Origin: an uncultured delta proteobacterium
Lineage (GTDB): Bacteria > Desulfobacterota > Desulfobacteria > Desulfobacterales > Desulfatirhabdiaceae
DNA: 64,000 bases
Reading direction: 5' to 3'
Assembly: GCA_963789395.1 (NCBI GenBank)
Contig: CAWBKP010000010.1
Span: 7,351 to 71,350, forward strand
The stretch's first letter is position 1. Every line of letters begins with the position of its first letter. The notes beneath the pieces are model-generated. The model was given only the letters and a program-made list of their open reading frames with translations. It did no database searches and had not been told where the DNA came from. Positions 36,546-47,215 of this stretch are shown one piece after another. The position numbers and the translations under genes were made by a program.

Positions 36546-37667
36546 ATGGCCGTCATCGAGATCATTACCGTGGAAAGCAGATCGGATCTTAAGGCCTTTA
36601 TCGATCTGCCCTGGAAAATATATGCGGAATACCCCAATTGGATCCCTCCCCTTAAGAAGGAAATTCGCCGGCTGCTGGATCCCGGCAAACACCCTTTCTG
36701 GGAGTTTTCCGAGCGCATCCTCTTTCTGGCCCGACGGGGTTCGGAAACGGTGGGAAGGATCGCGGGCATCATCGACCGCAATCATAACGCGTTTCACAGC
36801 GAACAGATGGGCATTTGGGGATTCTTCGAATGTGCCGACGATCCGGAAGTCGCGTCGGCCCTCTTCTCTTCCGCAGAGACGTGGGCGCGCCAAAAGGGGA
36901 TGTCCTTCATCAGAGGCCCGCTCAACCCTTCCACCAATTACGAGTTGGGGCTTCTCATCGAGGGTTTCAATTACCCGCCCGCCATCATGATGGCCTACAA
37001 TCCGCCGTACTATCCGGGGTTGGTCGAATCGTGCGGTTTCGTCAAAGAAAAGGATCTGCTGGCCTTTCTGATTGATGGCGATTACCGGCTCCCCGAATGG
37101 ATGGATCACCTTGCCGAATGGATCGCCAAAAAAGGCGGTATCCAAATCAGGCGGTCTCGTCCAAAGGATGCGGATGCCGAGTTTGCCCTGATCAGGGAGA
37201 TATACAATGCCTCCTGGTCCGGCAATTGGGGGTTTGTCCCCTTAAGCGATCATGAGATGCGGGACATTCAAAAGAATGTGATGGCATTTGTGGATCCGGA
37301 TATGGTTTTCTTCATTTATTATGGAGATGAACCCGCAGCATTCTGTGTTATCTTTCCAGACATCAACCCGTTGCTCAAACGTCTCAATGGGCGGATCGGC
37401 CTGCTGGGCTTGCTGAAGTTCCTGCTATATCGGCGGGAGATCAACGGATTGCGGCTGTTGATGTTTGGCGTCAAGGAGAAGTACCAGCAATTGGGACTCC
37501 CCATGCTGGCCTTTCACCACATATATGAGGTTGTGAGGAAGAAAGAAAAATATCGCTCCCTGGAGCTGGGCTGGACCCTTGAGGACAATGCATCGATCAA
37601 CTCTTTGATAGAGGAAGCCGGCGCAAAAATATACAAAAAATATCGCATATTCAGAAAGTCTTTATGA
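36546..37667 (+). CDS. GNAT-like N-acyltransferase (about 370 aa, two-lobed)
   Basis: Start at MAVIEIITVES. The blocks GRIAGIIDRNHNAFH..., WGFFECADD and the C-terminal LLMFGVKEKYQQLGLPMLAF (QxxGxP/A-like acyl-CoA loop) resemble large GNAT-fold acyltransferases. Assigned from memory, moderate confidence. Confidence 0.5.
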   Translation: MAVIEIITVESRSDLKAFIDLPWKIYAEYPNWIPPLKKEIRRLLDPGKHPFWEFSERILFLARRGSETVGRIAGIIDRNHNAFHSEQMGIWGFFECADDPEVASALFSSAETWARQKGMSFIRGPLNPSTNYELGLLIEGFNYPPAIMMAYNPPYYPGLVESCGFVKEKDLLAFLIDGDYRLPEWMDHLAEWIAKKGGIQIRRSRPKDADAEFALIREIYNASWSGNWGFVPLSDHEMRDIQKNVMAFVDPDMVFFIYYGDEPAAFCVIFPDINPLLKRLNGRIGLLGLLKFLLYRREINGLRLLMFGVKEKYQQLGLPMLAFHHIYEVVRKKEKYRSLELGWTLEDNASINSLIEEAGAKIYKKYRIFRKSL

Positions 37668-37742
37668 TCAAGCACCGGATTTCCGGGATGCGGGATTTGA
37701 TATCGATGGTTCTATTGACGACAGCCAAATGAGAAATACAGA

Positions 37743-38578
37743 ATGAAAAGGAAAGTAGCCGAACGCGTATATATAGCGCGGCTCCTCGTGGTGATGAATT
37801 GCTGACAGGGGTTGCGGCAGGCTGCGCGCACCGGATCCACGCTCCGATGCAACCCGATGGCTGGAGTGCCCAGCCTATCGTGATCATGTGCCGCTTTACC
37901 CCCGATGCCGACCTGGATCCCGCCACCGGAAAGCCCGTGGGAGACGAAGGGTATTTTTTTTATATCCTGACCCAACCTGCCAATTGGGATTTCAGCGATG
38001 CCTCGTCGCTTCTCTTCTCAATTTGGCTGCATCCGTCGGCGCATAGCTGGATCATCCTGGAAAGCCCCGGGAATCGTCAGGAATTCGGCCACACCGGCAA
38101 CTTCGGGCAAGAGAAACCGCGCTACCATGACGGTGTGATGCAAAGGGTTCGGGAGGGAGATCCCGATCCAATCGCTTATTTGTGGCAGCCGATGTCCGAT
38201 GGCCAGTTCCAGATCGGCAAGCCCGGTCGCCCCCCTGCGTTCGTCTGGAAAATGCCGATTACCCGACGACGGTATCAAACGATCGAAGAATACGTAACGC
38301 AGCGGAAGTACGATCTGTTTGACTTGAGGACCGGCAACTGCACCGATTTTGTGATGGAGACAGCGGTGCTGGCGGGCATCAATCTGACCTACCGTATCCA
38401 CCTCACCTTGCCGCCTGAAGCAAGGTTCTTGGGCCGGACGCTGCGTGTTTGGACAGATCCGCAATACCGCATACTGGAGTTCGGTACACCCGAAGTTCTG
38501 GAGGTGGACCTGCGCCAGCTTGCCCGGATGGGAATCGGCAGTGACGCCACCGGGTGGTACCTGTCTTTGAAACACTGA
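37743..38578 (+). CDS. lipoprotein of unknown function with an NC-x-x-F Cys motif (possible NlpC/P60- or LRAT-like fold), 5' frameshift
   Basis: ATG 37743 gives MKRKVAERVYIARLLVVMNC*. Adding one T at TT 37799-37800 fuses it to ORF 37799-38578 and creates a lipobox (LLVVMNLLTGVAAGCA). The motif is LRTGNCTDFVMETA. Confidence 0.45.
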
Positions 38579-38644
38579 CAATTGACCCAACCGGCGAATT
38601 GTCATCAATAGGAGAATGTATGACGTTGAAACAGAGGAATGTAA

Positions 38645-41281
38645 ATGTCGGCTGAACATCGCGCTCCAATCATCGCTTTCGTTTGGCGGCCCGAGGAGAT
38701 GACCCCGCCTGTAATCCAAATGGCGCATCAAACAGGGAGCAGGGCCATCTTCGATTTTTCCATGATGGGGGTGGATGCGCTGCGATCTTCCCTGCAAAAA
38801 GCCGGCCCCGACGGCCAGATCAGGGATATCAAGATTTCAGCTGCTGCATTTATGGAACCGTCTTTGGGACAGATATTACCCAATACAGGCGTCCAAAACC
38901 TTTGGATCGAATGTCACCCGCAGTTTTTCCAGGGAGATCCTTCCACGTTTCTACAGAGATTGAGGGAATTGCCGCAAAATTACCGCCTCTTCCCGATTTT
39001 CGGGGACCTGAATCTCCTGACGACTATTTTGACAGATGGCCCGGAAATCGGGCGCATCGTCCTGAAAGGAAGCGAGGCATCCGGATTCGTAAGCAGTGAG
39101 ACGACCCTGACGCTTTATTCAGCGGTCAAGGAAATGCTGCGACGCCGATCGAAGTTTTTGGACATCCTCATCTGGGGAAGTGTTTTCACTCCTGAGGCGG
39201 CTGCGGCATTTTTGTCCACCGGAGCCACGGGGATCGTCTTCGAGAGCCTCCATTGGCTGACAGACCTGGTTGCTGTTGATGATCTCCAACGCCGGCGGCT
39301 CTCCAACCTCCGCCTGGATTCAACCGATCTGGTCGGACTGGACCTGCAGGTTCCCTGTCGCATTTTCAACAAGGGAAACTCGATCGCGTTCAAGGAGATC
39401 AAAAGTTTCGAAAACGCGCTGTGCGGAGCAAGGATCACGGAGGAAAGCCGCCGATCCTTCGAGAACCGAGTGAGTATTGGGACCCGCCACCCTCTGGAGA
39501 GTGCTTTCACCCCGGGCGAGACCATCCCTCTGGGTGTGGAGGCAGCCTTTGCCGCATCCTTTGCCGAGCGTTTTGGAACGGAAACCGAGGAAGCCGTGAA
39601 GTCCTTCATGAACGAGATTCACAGCTCATGCCGCCAGGCTGTTATAAAAAATGACTGCTTTTTGAACAGCCCCGTCGCCGCAGAGATGGGATCCAAATAC
39701 CCTTTTATCCAGGGAGCCATGACCTGGATCACCGATGTCCCTGAGTTTGCCTCACGGGTTGCCGAGGCCGGCGGGTTGCCCACAATCGCCCTGGGCATGA
39801 TGGACGCCGAAACCCTTGATCGGAAGCTGGGACACCTGCCGGAGATCATGGGCGGGCGCTCTTATGCCGTGAATATCGTCTCTCTGGCGGAGAACCCTTT
39901 CAGGGAGACCCAACTGGCATGGATAAAGAAACACCGGCCCCGTTTTGTGGTGATCGCGGGAGGGGATCTCTCCTTTTTAAGGGATTTGTTGGCATGCGGA
40001 CTGGAGATCATGTATATCGCCCCGAACGAGGCATTGTTGCGACTCGCTCTTGAAGCCGGCGCCCGGTATGTGATCTGCGAGGGATATGAGGCCGGCGGGC
40101 ACGTTGGCCGCCATAGCACGCTTACCCTTGCTCAAATGGTACTGGATCTGAAACGAATCAAACCATCCCTGTTCCAGAATTGCCGCATGATTCTTGCCGG
40201 GGGAATTTTCAACCGGGAAACCGCATTCATGGCAGCCATGCTCGGAGCAGATGCCATCCAGATGGGCACCGCATATCTGGCCACCCGTGAAATCATTGAA
40301 ACGGGAGCCCTGACGGCGCTCTATCAGCGGATGGTCCTGGAATCACCTCCTGGCGGAACGGTCGTTTCAGGCAGGGACACCGGACTTCGGGTGCGCTCCT
40401 TGAAGTCCCCGAGAACAGCCGCAGTTTCATCCCTGGAGCGGGAATTTGCAGCGGATCACCCAGACGAGAGTTCCTTCCGCACGAAAATAGAAGAGATGAC
40501 GGCGGGAAGCCTCTTCACCGCGGCCCGCGGCATGGAAAGACCCGGCGGGGCGCCTCTGGATGAGCGGACCTGCCTGGAACGCGGACAATTCATGAGCGGG
40601 GCCAGTGCCGGCCTTATCAGCAATGTCCTGAATCTGCCGTCCTTCCATCGCGAGTTGGCTGAAGGCCATCTTTTGCTGCATCAGCCCGGGGGTTCCACCG
40701 AGAGAATGCCGGAACCTTCACCCGGCGCTTCGCGCCCCATGAAACCCCCATCCAGCGGGATTGTCCAGGGACTGATGAAACCGGCGCTGCATAAAGACGC
40801 CCATGAAAGGGTTGCCATCACCGGGATGAGTATTCTCAATACCCTGGGGGATAGTCCGGAAGGGGTCTGGGCGGCAAGCCTGGCCTTGAAGAGCGGGATT
40901 ACCCTGGTTCCGTCTTCCCGGTGGGATCACACTCTTTTTTATGATCCCCGCCCGTTTGCTCCGGACAAGACTTACTGCAGGGTGGGCGCCTTCCTGGACG
41001 TTCATATCTCCCGAGGCGAACTCGGAATTTCCCCGCATGATTTCCGAACCATGACCGATGCCACAAAGCTCACCCTGTGGCTGGCGGACAAGGCCATCCG
41101 GGAGTCCGGCATCCTGGAGTCGAACATCCCACGGGAGCGAATCGCAGTCCTTGTCTCCCAGAACTCCGGAGAAGCGGCGGCAACCTTCACCGATCTTAAT
41201 CATAAGGGCGCATGTTCACGACATCCTGGCCGATATCAATCGGGTGCTTCACCTCAGTCCGGATCAGATGCGCGCCGCTGA
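38645..41281 (+). CDS. megasynthase part 1: two PfaD/nitronate-monooxygenase-like enoyl reductase domains plus the start of the KS
   Basis: The second ER domain is clear (YPFIQGAMTWITDVPEFASRVAEAGGLPTIALGMM ... CEGYEAGGHVG ... MGTAYLATRE). The first roughly 330 aa form a degenerate copy of the same fold. The KS begins at RVAITGMSILNTLGDSPEGVW. The true reading passes into ORF 41058-45983 at about 41197. Confidence 0.8.
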   Translation: MSAEHRAPIIAFVWRPEEMTPPVIQMAHQTGSRAIFDFSMMGVDALRSSLQKAGPDGQIRDIKISAAAFMEPSLGQILPNTGVQNLWIECHPQFFQGDPSTFLQRLRELPQNYRLFPIFGDLNLLTTILTDGPEIGRIVLKGSEASGFVSSETTLTLYSAVKEMLRRRSKFLDILIWGSVFTPEAAAAFLSTGATGIVFESLHWLTDLVAVDDLQRRRLSNLRLDSTDLVGLDLQVPCRIFNKGNSIAFKEIKSFENALCGARITEESRRSFENRVSIGTRHPLESAFTPGETIPLGVEAAFAASFAERFGTETEEAVKSFMNEIHSSCRQAVIKNDCFLNSPVAAEMGSKYPFIQGAMTWITDVPEFASRVAEAGGLPTIALGMMDAETLDRKLGHLPEIMGGRSYAVNIVSLAENPFRETQLAWIKKHRPRFVVIAGGDLSFLRDLLACGLEIMYIAPNEALLRLALEAGARYVICEGYEAGGHVGRHSTLTLAQMVLDLKRIKPSLFQNCRMILAGGIFNRETAFMAAMLGADAIQMGTAYLATREIIETGALTALYQRMVLESPPGGTVVSGRDTGLRVRSLKSPRTAAVSSLEREFAADHPDESSFRTKIEEMTAGSLFTAARGMERPGGAPLDERTCLERGQFMSGASAGLISNVLNLPSFHRELAEGHLLLHQPGGSTERMPEPSPGASRPMKPPSSGIVQGLMKPALHKDAHERVAITGMSILNTLGDSPEGVWAASLALKSGITLVPSSRWDHTLFYDPRPFAPDKTYCRVGAFLDVHISRGELGISPHDFRTMTDATKLTLWLADKAIRESGILESNIPRERIAVLVSQNSGEAAATFTDLNHKGACSRHPGRYQSGASPQSGSDARR

Positions 41282-44200
41282 ACGCGAGGTGAAATCCGGA
41301 CGCCTGGCCCCGGACGATACCACACTCCTGGGCAGGCTCAACTGCGCGGCGGCCGGCTTTATCTGCAACCGGTATGGGTTCATGGGACCCAGCCATTCCG
41401 TCTCCGCAGCCTGCGCAACCTCACTGGTCGCACTTCACAGCGCCATCCAGATGATCCGGACCGGCATCATCGATGCAGCCATCGTCGGAGGGGGCGAGGA
41501 GTATCTCAGTCGAATGCATTTTCTGGAATTCTCCGCCCTGGGCGCCCTTTTCGGGTTGTCCGGGCAGGAAAGGCCCGCTCATGAAACCTCCCGCCCCTTC
41601 GACGCCGAAAGAGACGGAATGGTACTGGGCGAAGGCGGGGGAATGATCATTATCGAGCGGGAAAGCTCGGCCCTGCACAGAGGGGCGCATATCCACGCCG
41701 TCATCACGGGCATGGGCGCCAGCAACAACCATCTGGGCATGGTAGAATCCTCCAGTGTCACCCAGGAGATCGCCATCCGCGCCTCTTTCCAGGGGACACC
41801 CTATGGACCCGATGCGGTGGACCTGGTGGAATGCCATGCCACGAGCACCCGGCAAGGGGACGTGGAGGAGGTCCGTGCCCTGAAGGCGATTTTTCATTCT
41901 TCCAATCGCACAGTCATTACCTCATTCAAATCCCAGATCGGACACACACTGGGCGCCTCGGGCATCAACAGCCTCATTCGCGGCGTCATGGCCATGAAGG
42001 CGGGGGTTTTCCCTCCCACCCTCAATTATACGCATCCAGACCCGGAAATCGGCCTGGAAGGATCGGGACTCTTCATTACCCCCGAGCCGCTTGACTGGAA
42101 GTGCAGGGCCGGCCGGTTAAGAAGGCTCCAGGTTAATGCTTTCGGGTTTGGAGGTTCCAACTACGTGGTGCAGTTGGAACAGTCCATGGATGAAGCGGCC
42201 ACGATCCTTGTCTCCCCCGAAGGTGAGCCTTCTGAGCTTCAGGGGATCTCTTTCTTCCGGACCCAGATGGACGGCCGTCACTACCGGACGGCCGTCGTGG
42301 CGGAATCCGAAGAAGCGGCGCTCACTGTCTTTGAGAGATCGCGCCACCTCCTTTCAAAAGACGGAATCGCCACTCCCAGGGCATTGAGATCCCTGGCACA
42401 TCAGGGAATCTTCATGGGCGCTGAGGATCTGCCGGTGCTGCCGCTCGCGTTGGTATTTCCCGGACAGGGCACCCACTATGCAGGAATGGGGCGGGATCTC
42501 TACGAGTCCTTTTCCGTCATCAAGGGGTGGATGGATCGGGCTGCGGCGGCCGCGGACTTTGACCTTCTTCATCTCTTGTTCCATGACCGCGAAGAGAACC
42601 TTCAAATGACCCGGTGGCAGCAACCGGCCCTGTTCGTTCTGGAATACGCCATGGCGAAATTCCTCCTCTCACTTGGCATCCGCCCGGTGGCGATGGCCGG
42701 CCACAGTTTGGGCGAACTGACCGCCCTGTGCCTGTCCGGCGTCTATTCCCTTGAGGACGGATTCCGAATTGTGAATAAGCGGGCGCTCTGTATGGACAAG
42801 GCCGCCGCCATGCACGTGGATCCGGGTGTCATGGCGGCCACGGACGCCCCCCTGGAATTGCTGAAAGAGATGGTCCGGGAACGGGACGATGTCCATATCT
42901 GCAATATCAATTCACCGAAACAGGTCGTTCTGGGTGGCAACACCGAGGCGGTCAAATATCTGGGTATCAGACTGAAAGAGAAGGGATTCCGCTCAACCCT
43001 TTTACGGGTCAGCATGGCCTTCCACTCTCCTATCATGAGAGTCATTCATGACGAACTCGAAGCGTTTATTGCCACCATCCCGTTTCATTCCCCGCAGATT
43101 CCCGTCATCTCCAACACGACCATGGCGCCGTATCCATCCGATCCAGGAGAGATCCGGCGCATTCTGATGACTCACCTGGAATCTCCCGTCCACTGGATGC
43201 ATAACGTTCAGACGCTTTGGAACGACTACGGCGTCCGACTCTTCATGGAGGTCGGTCCAGGCGACATATTGAGCAATCTCATCGCAGACACGCTCTCTGG
43301 CGCAACATGCATCCAAACTTGCCTTCCCCGGGAAGAGAGTTTGACCTGCAGGACAGCTCTTGCCCAGCTTTTCGTGCAAGGACATCTGATGGGACAAAGG
43401 GAAATCAGCCCGGCATACCCGGAAGCCTCACCGGCATCAGATATCCAATCCATGACAGGCGGCCCCTTGCCCCCCGAAAACCGGATGGAACCCCCCGACA
43501 CTACGAAGACTCCTTCTCCAGACAATGCGCCTGAGAACCCGGATCACATGGAGCGTCTTATACGAATCATCATGGAGGCTACGGGTTTCGAAAGAAGCGA
43601 GATCCAACCCGATATGGATCTGAGGAAAGACCTTTCCATCCGCTCCAGCCGCCTTCCGATCATCATGGACGCTGCGGAACACCAATTCGGAATCACTATC
43701 GAATTGCAGGATTTTATCCATGTCCGCACCGTGAAGGACATCGCGCAGAAGATCTCCGAGATAATCGCCAGGCAGGAAGGCTCCGGACCACTTCCGGCCA
43801 CCCGGGCTGTTGACCCCGGCATGGTGCGGGATGAAATCCTGAAACCCTCTGCGAATGCGGTGAGCCTGAAGCGACTCGTATTCAGTTATGTCCCTGTCGA
43901 TCCACCAGCTTCCATTCCCATACATTTTGAGCCGGACCAGTCAGTTCTCGTTCTCTCACCGGACCGGGAGGACAGCATTGCAGCAAGCGTCGCAGACATC
44001 TTCCGCCGGGATTGCGGAATTGACTTATTTCCCCTGTCGTTCATGCAATGGAGCTCCGGTCCAGTCGAAACAGGCCACGACATCAGAACCGCCGAAGGGG
44101 GCCATGAGCTTGCCGATCGGATTGCGGGTTTGACGTCTGCGGTTGGGATGGTTATCTCCTTGCATCAACTGGCGGAAAATTTAAAACGCATGGAGGATAT

Positions 44201-45983
44201 TGCACAGATTCTCAGAGGCTTCTTTATCCTCCTGAAAACATTTCTCCAGACACCGGACAGGAAACTCGTCATGCTGATCCACTCTCGGGAGGATACCGAA
44301 ACACCGGTTCGGCTCCTGGCGGAGGGGATGACGGGACTTTTTCTGAGCGCAGCGCTGGAACACCCGGCGGTCCTGTTTCGCACACTGGAAATCGACCACG
44401 ACACCGACATTCGCATTGCCTTACGTGATGCTTTGGACAGTGGATACAAGATAGTGGAGATGGTGCATCGCAATGGGAGGGTTTTCACCTCCGAGGGACA
44501 TGTCGCTCCGTCGCTCTTCAGGGATGTATCAAGCCTGGAACTGAGTCCAGGAGACGTTGTCGTCATGTCCGGAGGCGCAACGGGAATCAGCTCCCATCTG
44601 GCCCGCAGTTTTGTTCCCTTTAAGCCCCGCCTGGTCTTTCTGGGAAGAACGACTCTCGATCCAGGCATGCATGTAACTCCCCGCACCATGCATCCGACTT
44701 CAACGCCTTTTGTTCTCGAAGACAGGGCTTTGGAGATTACCCGGACCCTGGCTGATTTGCACGCCTCAGGGATCGAGGCATCCTACCATACCTGCGATGT
44801 CGCTGATCCCGAGGCGGTCCGTGCCGTCATGGACGAGTTGGCAAATCGTTATGGCAAGATCCGGGGGATCATCCATGGTGCAGGCGTCCTCAGGGACGGA
44901 TTCCTCAACCAACTGACTCCGGATGATTTTTCCATTGTCACGGACATCAAATTCCTCGGTGCATGGAATTTATTCCTGGCTGCCGAGAAGGCCGGCTTGA
45001 GGTTTTTCGTGGGCCTTTCTTCGGTGGCCGCGATCCAGGGGAATCCCGGCCAAACCAACTACGCGGCCGCCAACCGGATGATGTCCGCGTTGATCAGAAC
45101 CCTCCGGCGGAAGAATGGCGCCATCCGGTTCAAGGCATTAATGCTTCCCCCAATCGAGGGGGCGGGCATGGCCGAGGACCCGGATATTCGGGAACTGATG
45201 CGGCTGAAGGGCGCGTCGTACATTCATGTAGATGAGCTTGCAGGGCTTTTCTGCCGGGAGCTTTTCGCATCCCCGGCCGACGATAATTGGGTCATGTTCA
45301 TGCGGACGCTGCCCTCCGTAAAGACGGCAAGGCTAAATGACAGGACCGGTCCTTTGCCCAATGGAGTACTGGATGGAGGCTTCGCGGCTTTAAGCCCCGA
45401 GGGCTTTCCCATGATAGAGGGGATCTCCGGCCTGGACATCCGCCGGGAACAACTCGAAGCCTTCAGGTCCTTCTCCCGGGAGAAGGATCTTTGGATTGAG
45501 GATCACAGACCCTTGACGTTTATCAAGCATCCCCTGGTTTCAGCCGCCATGTTTCTGGAGACATTCATGGAAGCCGCCCGGATCCTGTATCCTTATTTGC
45601 AGGTGTGCGGAGCCCGCCAGGTGCGGTTCCTGGACATGATCCAATGTCCTCCCGGGATAGTGCGGTCCATCCATCATCTCCTGCCGCCGGGTGGGGAGCC
45701 ACCTTCCGGAGGTATTGTGCGAGGTTTCTCTGGCGACACAGGCGCTCTCCCCCACAGGAAAATTGGCAGACCGCTTCACCCCCCACTGCAAGGGTCAGGT
45801 CATTCTGGGCGGCGGGGAAGGCTTTCTGGGAGAGGGTTTCCTGGATTTTCCCGTCCGGGCCGACGAACTGACTACGGATCCCATGAATCAAAAAAATATG
45901 CTGAAATGGTACAAGAAACATTCCGGCCTCAAAGGCAGGTATCGCGTATTGGAAAGTCCTTGACGGCGCCGGTCCGAAAGTGA
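41058..45983 (+). CDS. megasynthase part 2: KS-AT-ACP-KR-DH(N-terminal part) of a type I PKS/FAS-like enzyme
   Basis: KS (SVSAACATSLVALHSA, VECHATST, SQIGHTLGASG), AT (FPGQGTHY, AGHSLGE), ACP (MDLRKDLSIRSSRL), KR (VMSGGATGISSH ... QTNYAAANRMM), and the DH hot-dog start (LWIEDHRPLTFIKHPLVSAAMFLE). Only residues from about 41197 onward are real. The last roughly 100 aa of the listed ORF are out of frame. Confidence 0.85.
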   Translation: MPQSSPCGWRTRPSGSPASWSRTSHGSESQSLSPRTPEKRRQPSPILIIRAHVHDILADINRVLHLSPDQMRAAEREVKSGRLAPDDTTLLGRLNCAAAGFICNRYGFMGPSHSVSAACATSLVALHSAIQMIRTGIIDAAIVGGGEEYLSRMHFLEFSALGALFGLSGQERPAHETSRPFDAERDGMVLGEGGGMIIIERESSALHRGAHIHAVITGMGASNNHLGMVESSSVTQEIAIRASFQGTPYGPDAVDLVECHATSTRQGDVEEVRALKAIFHSSNRTVITSFKSQIGHTLGASGINSLIRGVMAMKAGVFPPTLNYTHPDPEIGLEGSGLFITPEPLDWKCRAGRLRRLQVNAFGFGGSNYVVQLEQSMDEAATILVSPEGEPSELQGISFFRTQMDGRHYRTAVVAESEEAALTVFERSRHLLSKDGIATPRALRSLAHQGIFMGAEDLPVLPLALVFPGQGTHYAGMGRDLYESFSVIKGWMDRAAAAADFDLLHLLFHDREENLQMTRWQQPALFVLEYAMAKFLLSLGIRPVAMAGHSLGELTALCLSGVYSLEDGFRIVNKRALCMDKAAAMHVDPGVMAATDAPLELLKEMVRERDDVHICNINSPKQVVLGGNTEAVKYLGIRLKEKGFRSTLLRVSMAFHSPIMRVIHDELEAFIATIPFHSPQIPVISNTTMAPYPSDPGEIRRILMTHLESPVHWMHNVQTLWNDYGVRLFMEVGPGDILSNLIADTLSGATCIQTCLPREESLTCRTALAQLFVQGHLMGQREISPAYPEASPASDIQSMTGGPLPPENRMEPPDTTKTPSPDNAPENPDHMERLIRIIMEATGFERSEIQPDMDLRKDLSIRSSRLPIIMDAAEHQFGITIELQDFIHVRTVKDIAQKISEIIARQEGSGPLPATRAVDPGMVRDEILKPSANAVSLKRLVFSYVPVDPPASIPIHFEPDQSVLVLSPDREDSIAASVADIFRRDCGIDLFPLSFMQWSSGPVETGHDIRTAEGGHELADRIAGLTSAVGMVISLHQLAENLKRMEDIAQILRGFFILLKTFLQTPDRKLVMLIHSREDTETPVRLLAEGMTGLFLSAALEHPAVLFRTLEIDHDTDIRIALRDALDSGYKIVEMVHRNGRVFTSEGHVAPSLFRDVSSLELSPGDVVVMSGGATGISSHLARSFVPFKPRLVFLGRTTLDPGMHVTPRTMHPTSTPFVLEDRALEITRTLADLHASGIEASYHTCDVADPEAVRAVMDELANRYGKIRGIIHGAGVLRDGFLNQLTPDDFSIVTDIKFLGAWNLFLAAEKAGLRFFVGLSSVAAIQGNPGQTNYAAANRMMSALIRTLRRKNGAIRFKALMLPPIEGAGMAEDPDIRELMRLKGASYIHVDELAGLFCRELFASPADDNWVMFMRTLPSVKTARLNDRTGPLPNGVLDGGFAALSPEGFPMIEGISGLDIRREQLEAFRSFSREKDLWIEDHRPLTFIKHPLVSAAMFLETFMEAARILYPYLQVCGARQVRFLDMIQCPPGIVRSIHHLLPPGGEPPSGGIVRGFSGDTGALPHRKIGRPLHPPLQGSGHSGRRGRLSGRGFPGFSRPGRRTDYGSHESKKYAEMVQETFRPQRQVSRIGKSLTAPVRK

Positions 45984-46317
45984 TGCGCGGACAAAGCGTC
46001 TGCCGGCAGACAGGTGATTTTAAAAATCTGCGGAACGTTCATTATCAATACTCTCCCTATCTTTTAGAAGCCATTTTGCAATTGGCCGGCCTCCACTGCA
46101 TTGTCATGAATATAACGGAGAAACGATCCATGATTCCCATGGAGATCGGGGAGATGCGCTTTTCCCGAAAATGCCGGGCGGGGGAACAGATCACCCTGGA
46201 GGCCCGCATGCGGGCGCAGAATGCGCAAAGTCAGCTTGGGACGCCCGAGGACTTGATGATCAAGGCCGCACCATCATGCAGGTTTCCAATTTGGTGATGC
46301 ACTGGATTTCAGGCTGA
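45691..46317 (+). CDS. megasynthase part 3: remainder of the DH domain, spread over three frames
   Basis: ORF 45691-45963 reads ...LCEVSLATQALSPTGKLADRFTPHCKGQVILGGGEG ... KWYKKHSGLKGRYRVLES. ORF 45980-46297 reads ...HYQYSPYLLEAILQLAGLHCIVMN ... IGEMRFSRKCRAGEQITLEARMRAQ. A final frame gives WDARGLDDQGRTIMQVSNLVMHWISG*, ending at 46317. The frameshifts are near 45670, 45955 and 46225. Confidence 0.65.
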
Positions 46318-46335
46318 GTCGTCATGGATAGGGGG

Positions 46336-46368
46336 AGACCGGCTCGGTTATGGAAACCGAGCCGGTCT
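46336..46368 (+). terminator. 13-bp perfect hairpin after the megasynthase (no T-tract)
   Basis: AGACCGGCTCGGT-tatggaa-ACCGAGCCGGTCT, 19 nt after the reconstructed stop at 46317. The lack of a U-tract makes its function as an intrinsic terminator uncertain. Confidence 0.35.
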
Positions 46369-46430
46369 GGAAGTCACGAACAATTTTTACTTGTCTGAGG
46401 CCTAAGTAATGCAGCACGGCAAATATTGGA

Positions 46431-47162
46431 GTGGATATGGGGAAGGATTGCCAGGGCATTACCGTCCATGCAGTGAGTTTTGATCATCGCGGGGGACCCG
46501 CATTCTATGCATCCTTGCCGGGTGATGGTGAAAACCACAAAGGGTGCCGGTCGAACGGGGAAGAAGACAAGAATCGCCTGGTCTCCTTTCTGTTGGATCA
46601 CGTTACGGGGATGGATAGTCCTCTTGGGAAATGCCGGCTTTCGTTCGATAGCGATCCTTTTCCCATTCACGTGGTCCGCGACCCGCTCGGCAGGCCGCAT
46701 CTCCTGTTGGGAGAACATCGGGGTCCGGCCATCTCCTTCAGCGAGGGTGGCGGGAAAATCTGGGCCGCGCTTTGCGGGGATGCATCCGATATCGGCATCG
46801 ATGTAGCAACGGCCGATGAATTTCAGGGAGGATACCCCTGTCACCGGGTCTTTCATGACCGGGAGATCCAATATGCCTTAAGGTTGACGGGGGGAGACAT
46901 GGAAAAGGCTTCAGCCCTGCTCTGGTCCATCAAGGAAGCGGTTGTCAAGGCCCTGGGATGCGCATTCCATCTTGTGGCGCCCCGGCAAGTTCACATCTAT
47001 CCTTCGACAGGGGGGGACGGGGGATATACTTTCCCCGTGTGCTTATCGAGGAAGGCCCTGGCACGGTCTCCCACGAGCACAGGCTGTTTCATATGGGTGC
47101 GTTCGTTTCCCCAGGCGAAGATGTGGCTTTCCATTGCCCTCTTGAGCTGGCAGCCACGTTGA
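46431..47162 (+). CDS. 4'-phosphopantetheinyl transferase (Sfp-type)
   Basis: Motifs DPLGRPHLLL, ISFSEGGG, DIGIDVATADEF and WSIKEAVVKALG (the PPTase W/F-x-x-K-E-A-x-x-K signature). Confidence 0.8.
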   Translation: MDMGKDCQGITVHAVSFDHRGGPAFYASLPGDGENHKGCRSNGEEDKNRLVSFLLDHVTGMDSPLGKCRLSFDSDPFPIHVVRDPLGRPHLLLGEHRGPAISFSEGGGKIWAALCGDASDIGIDVATADEFQGGYPCHRVFHDREIQYALRLTGGDMEKASALLWSIKEAVVKALGCAFHLVAPRQVHIYPSTGGDGGYTFPVCLSRKALARSPTSTGCFIWVRSFPQAKMWLSIALLSWQPR

Positions 47163-47215
47163 GACGATGGCTTAGATTTTAATATCCGTGTTCTATGGAG
47201 GCAGGCTTTTGATTC

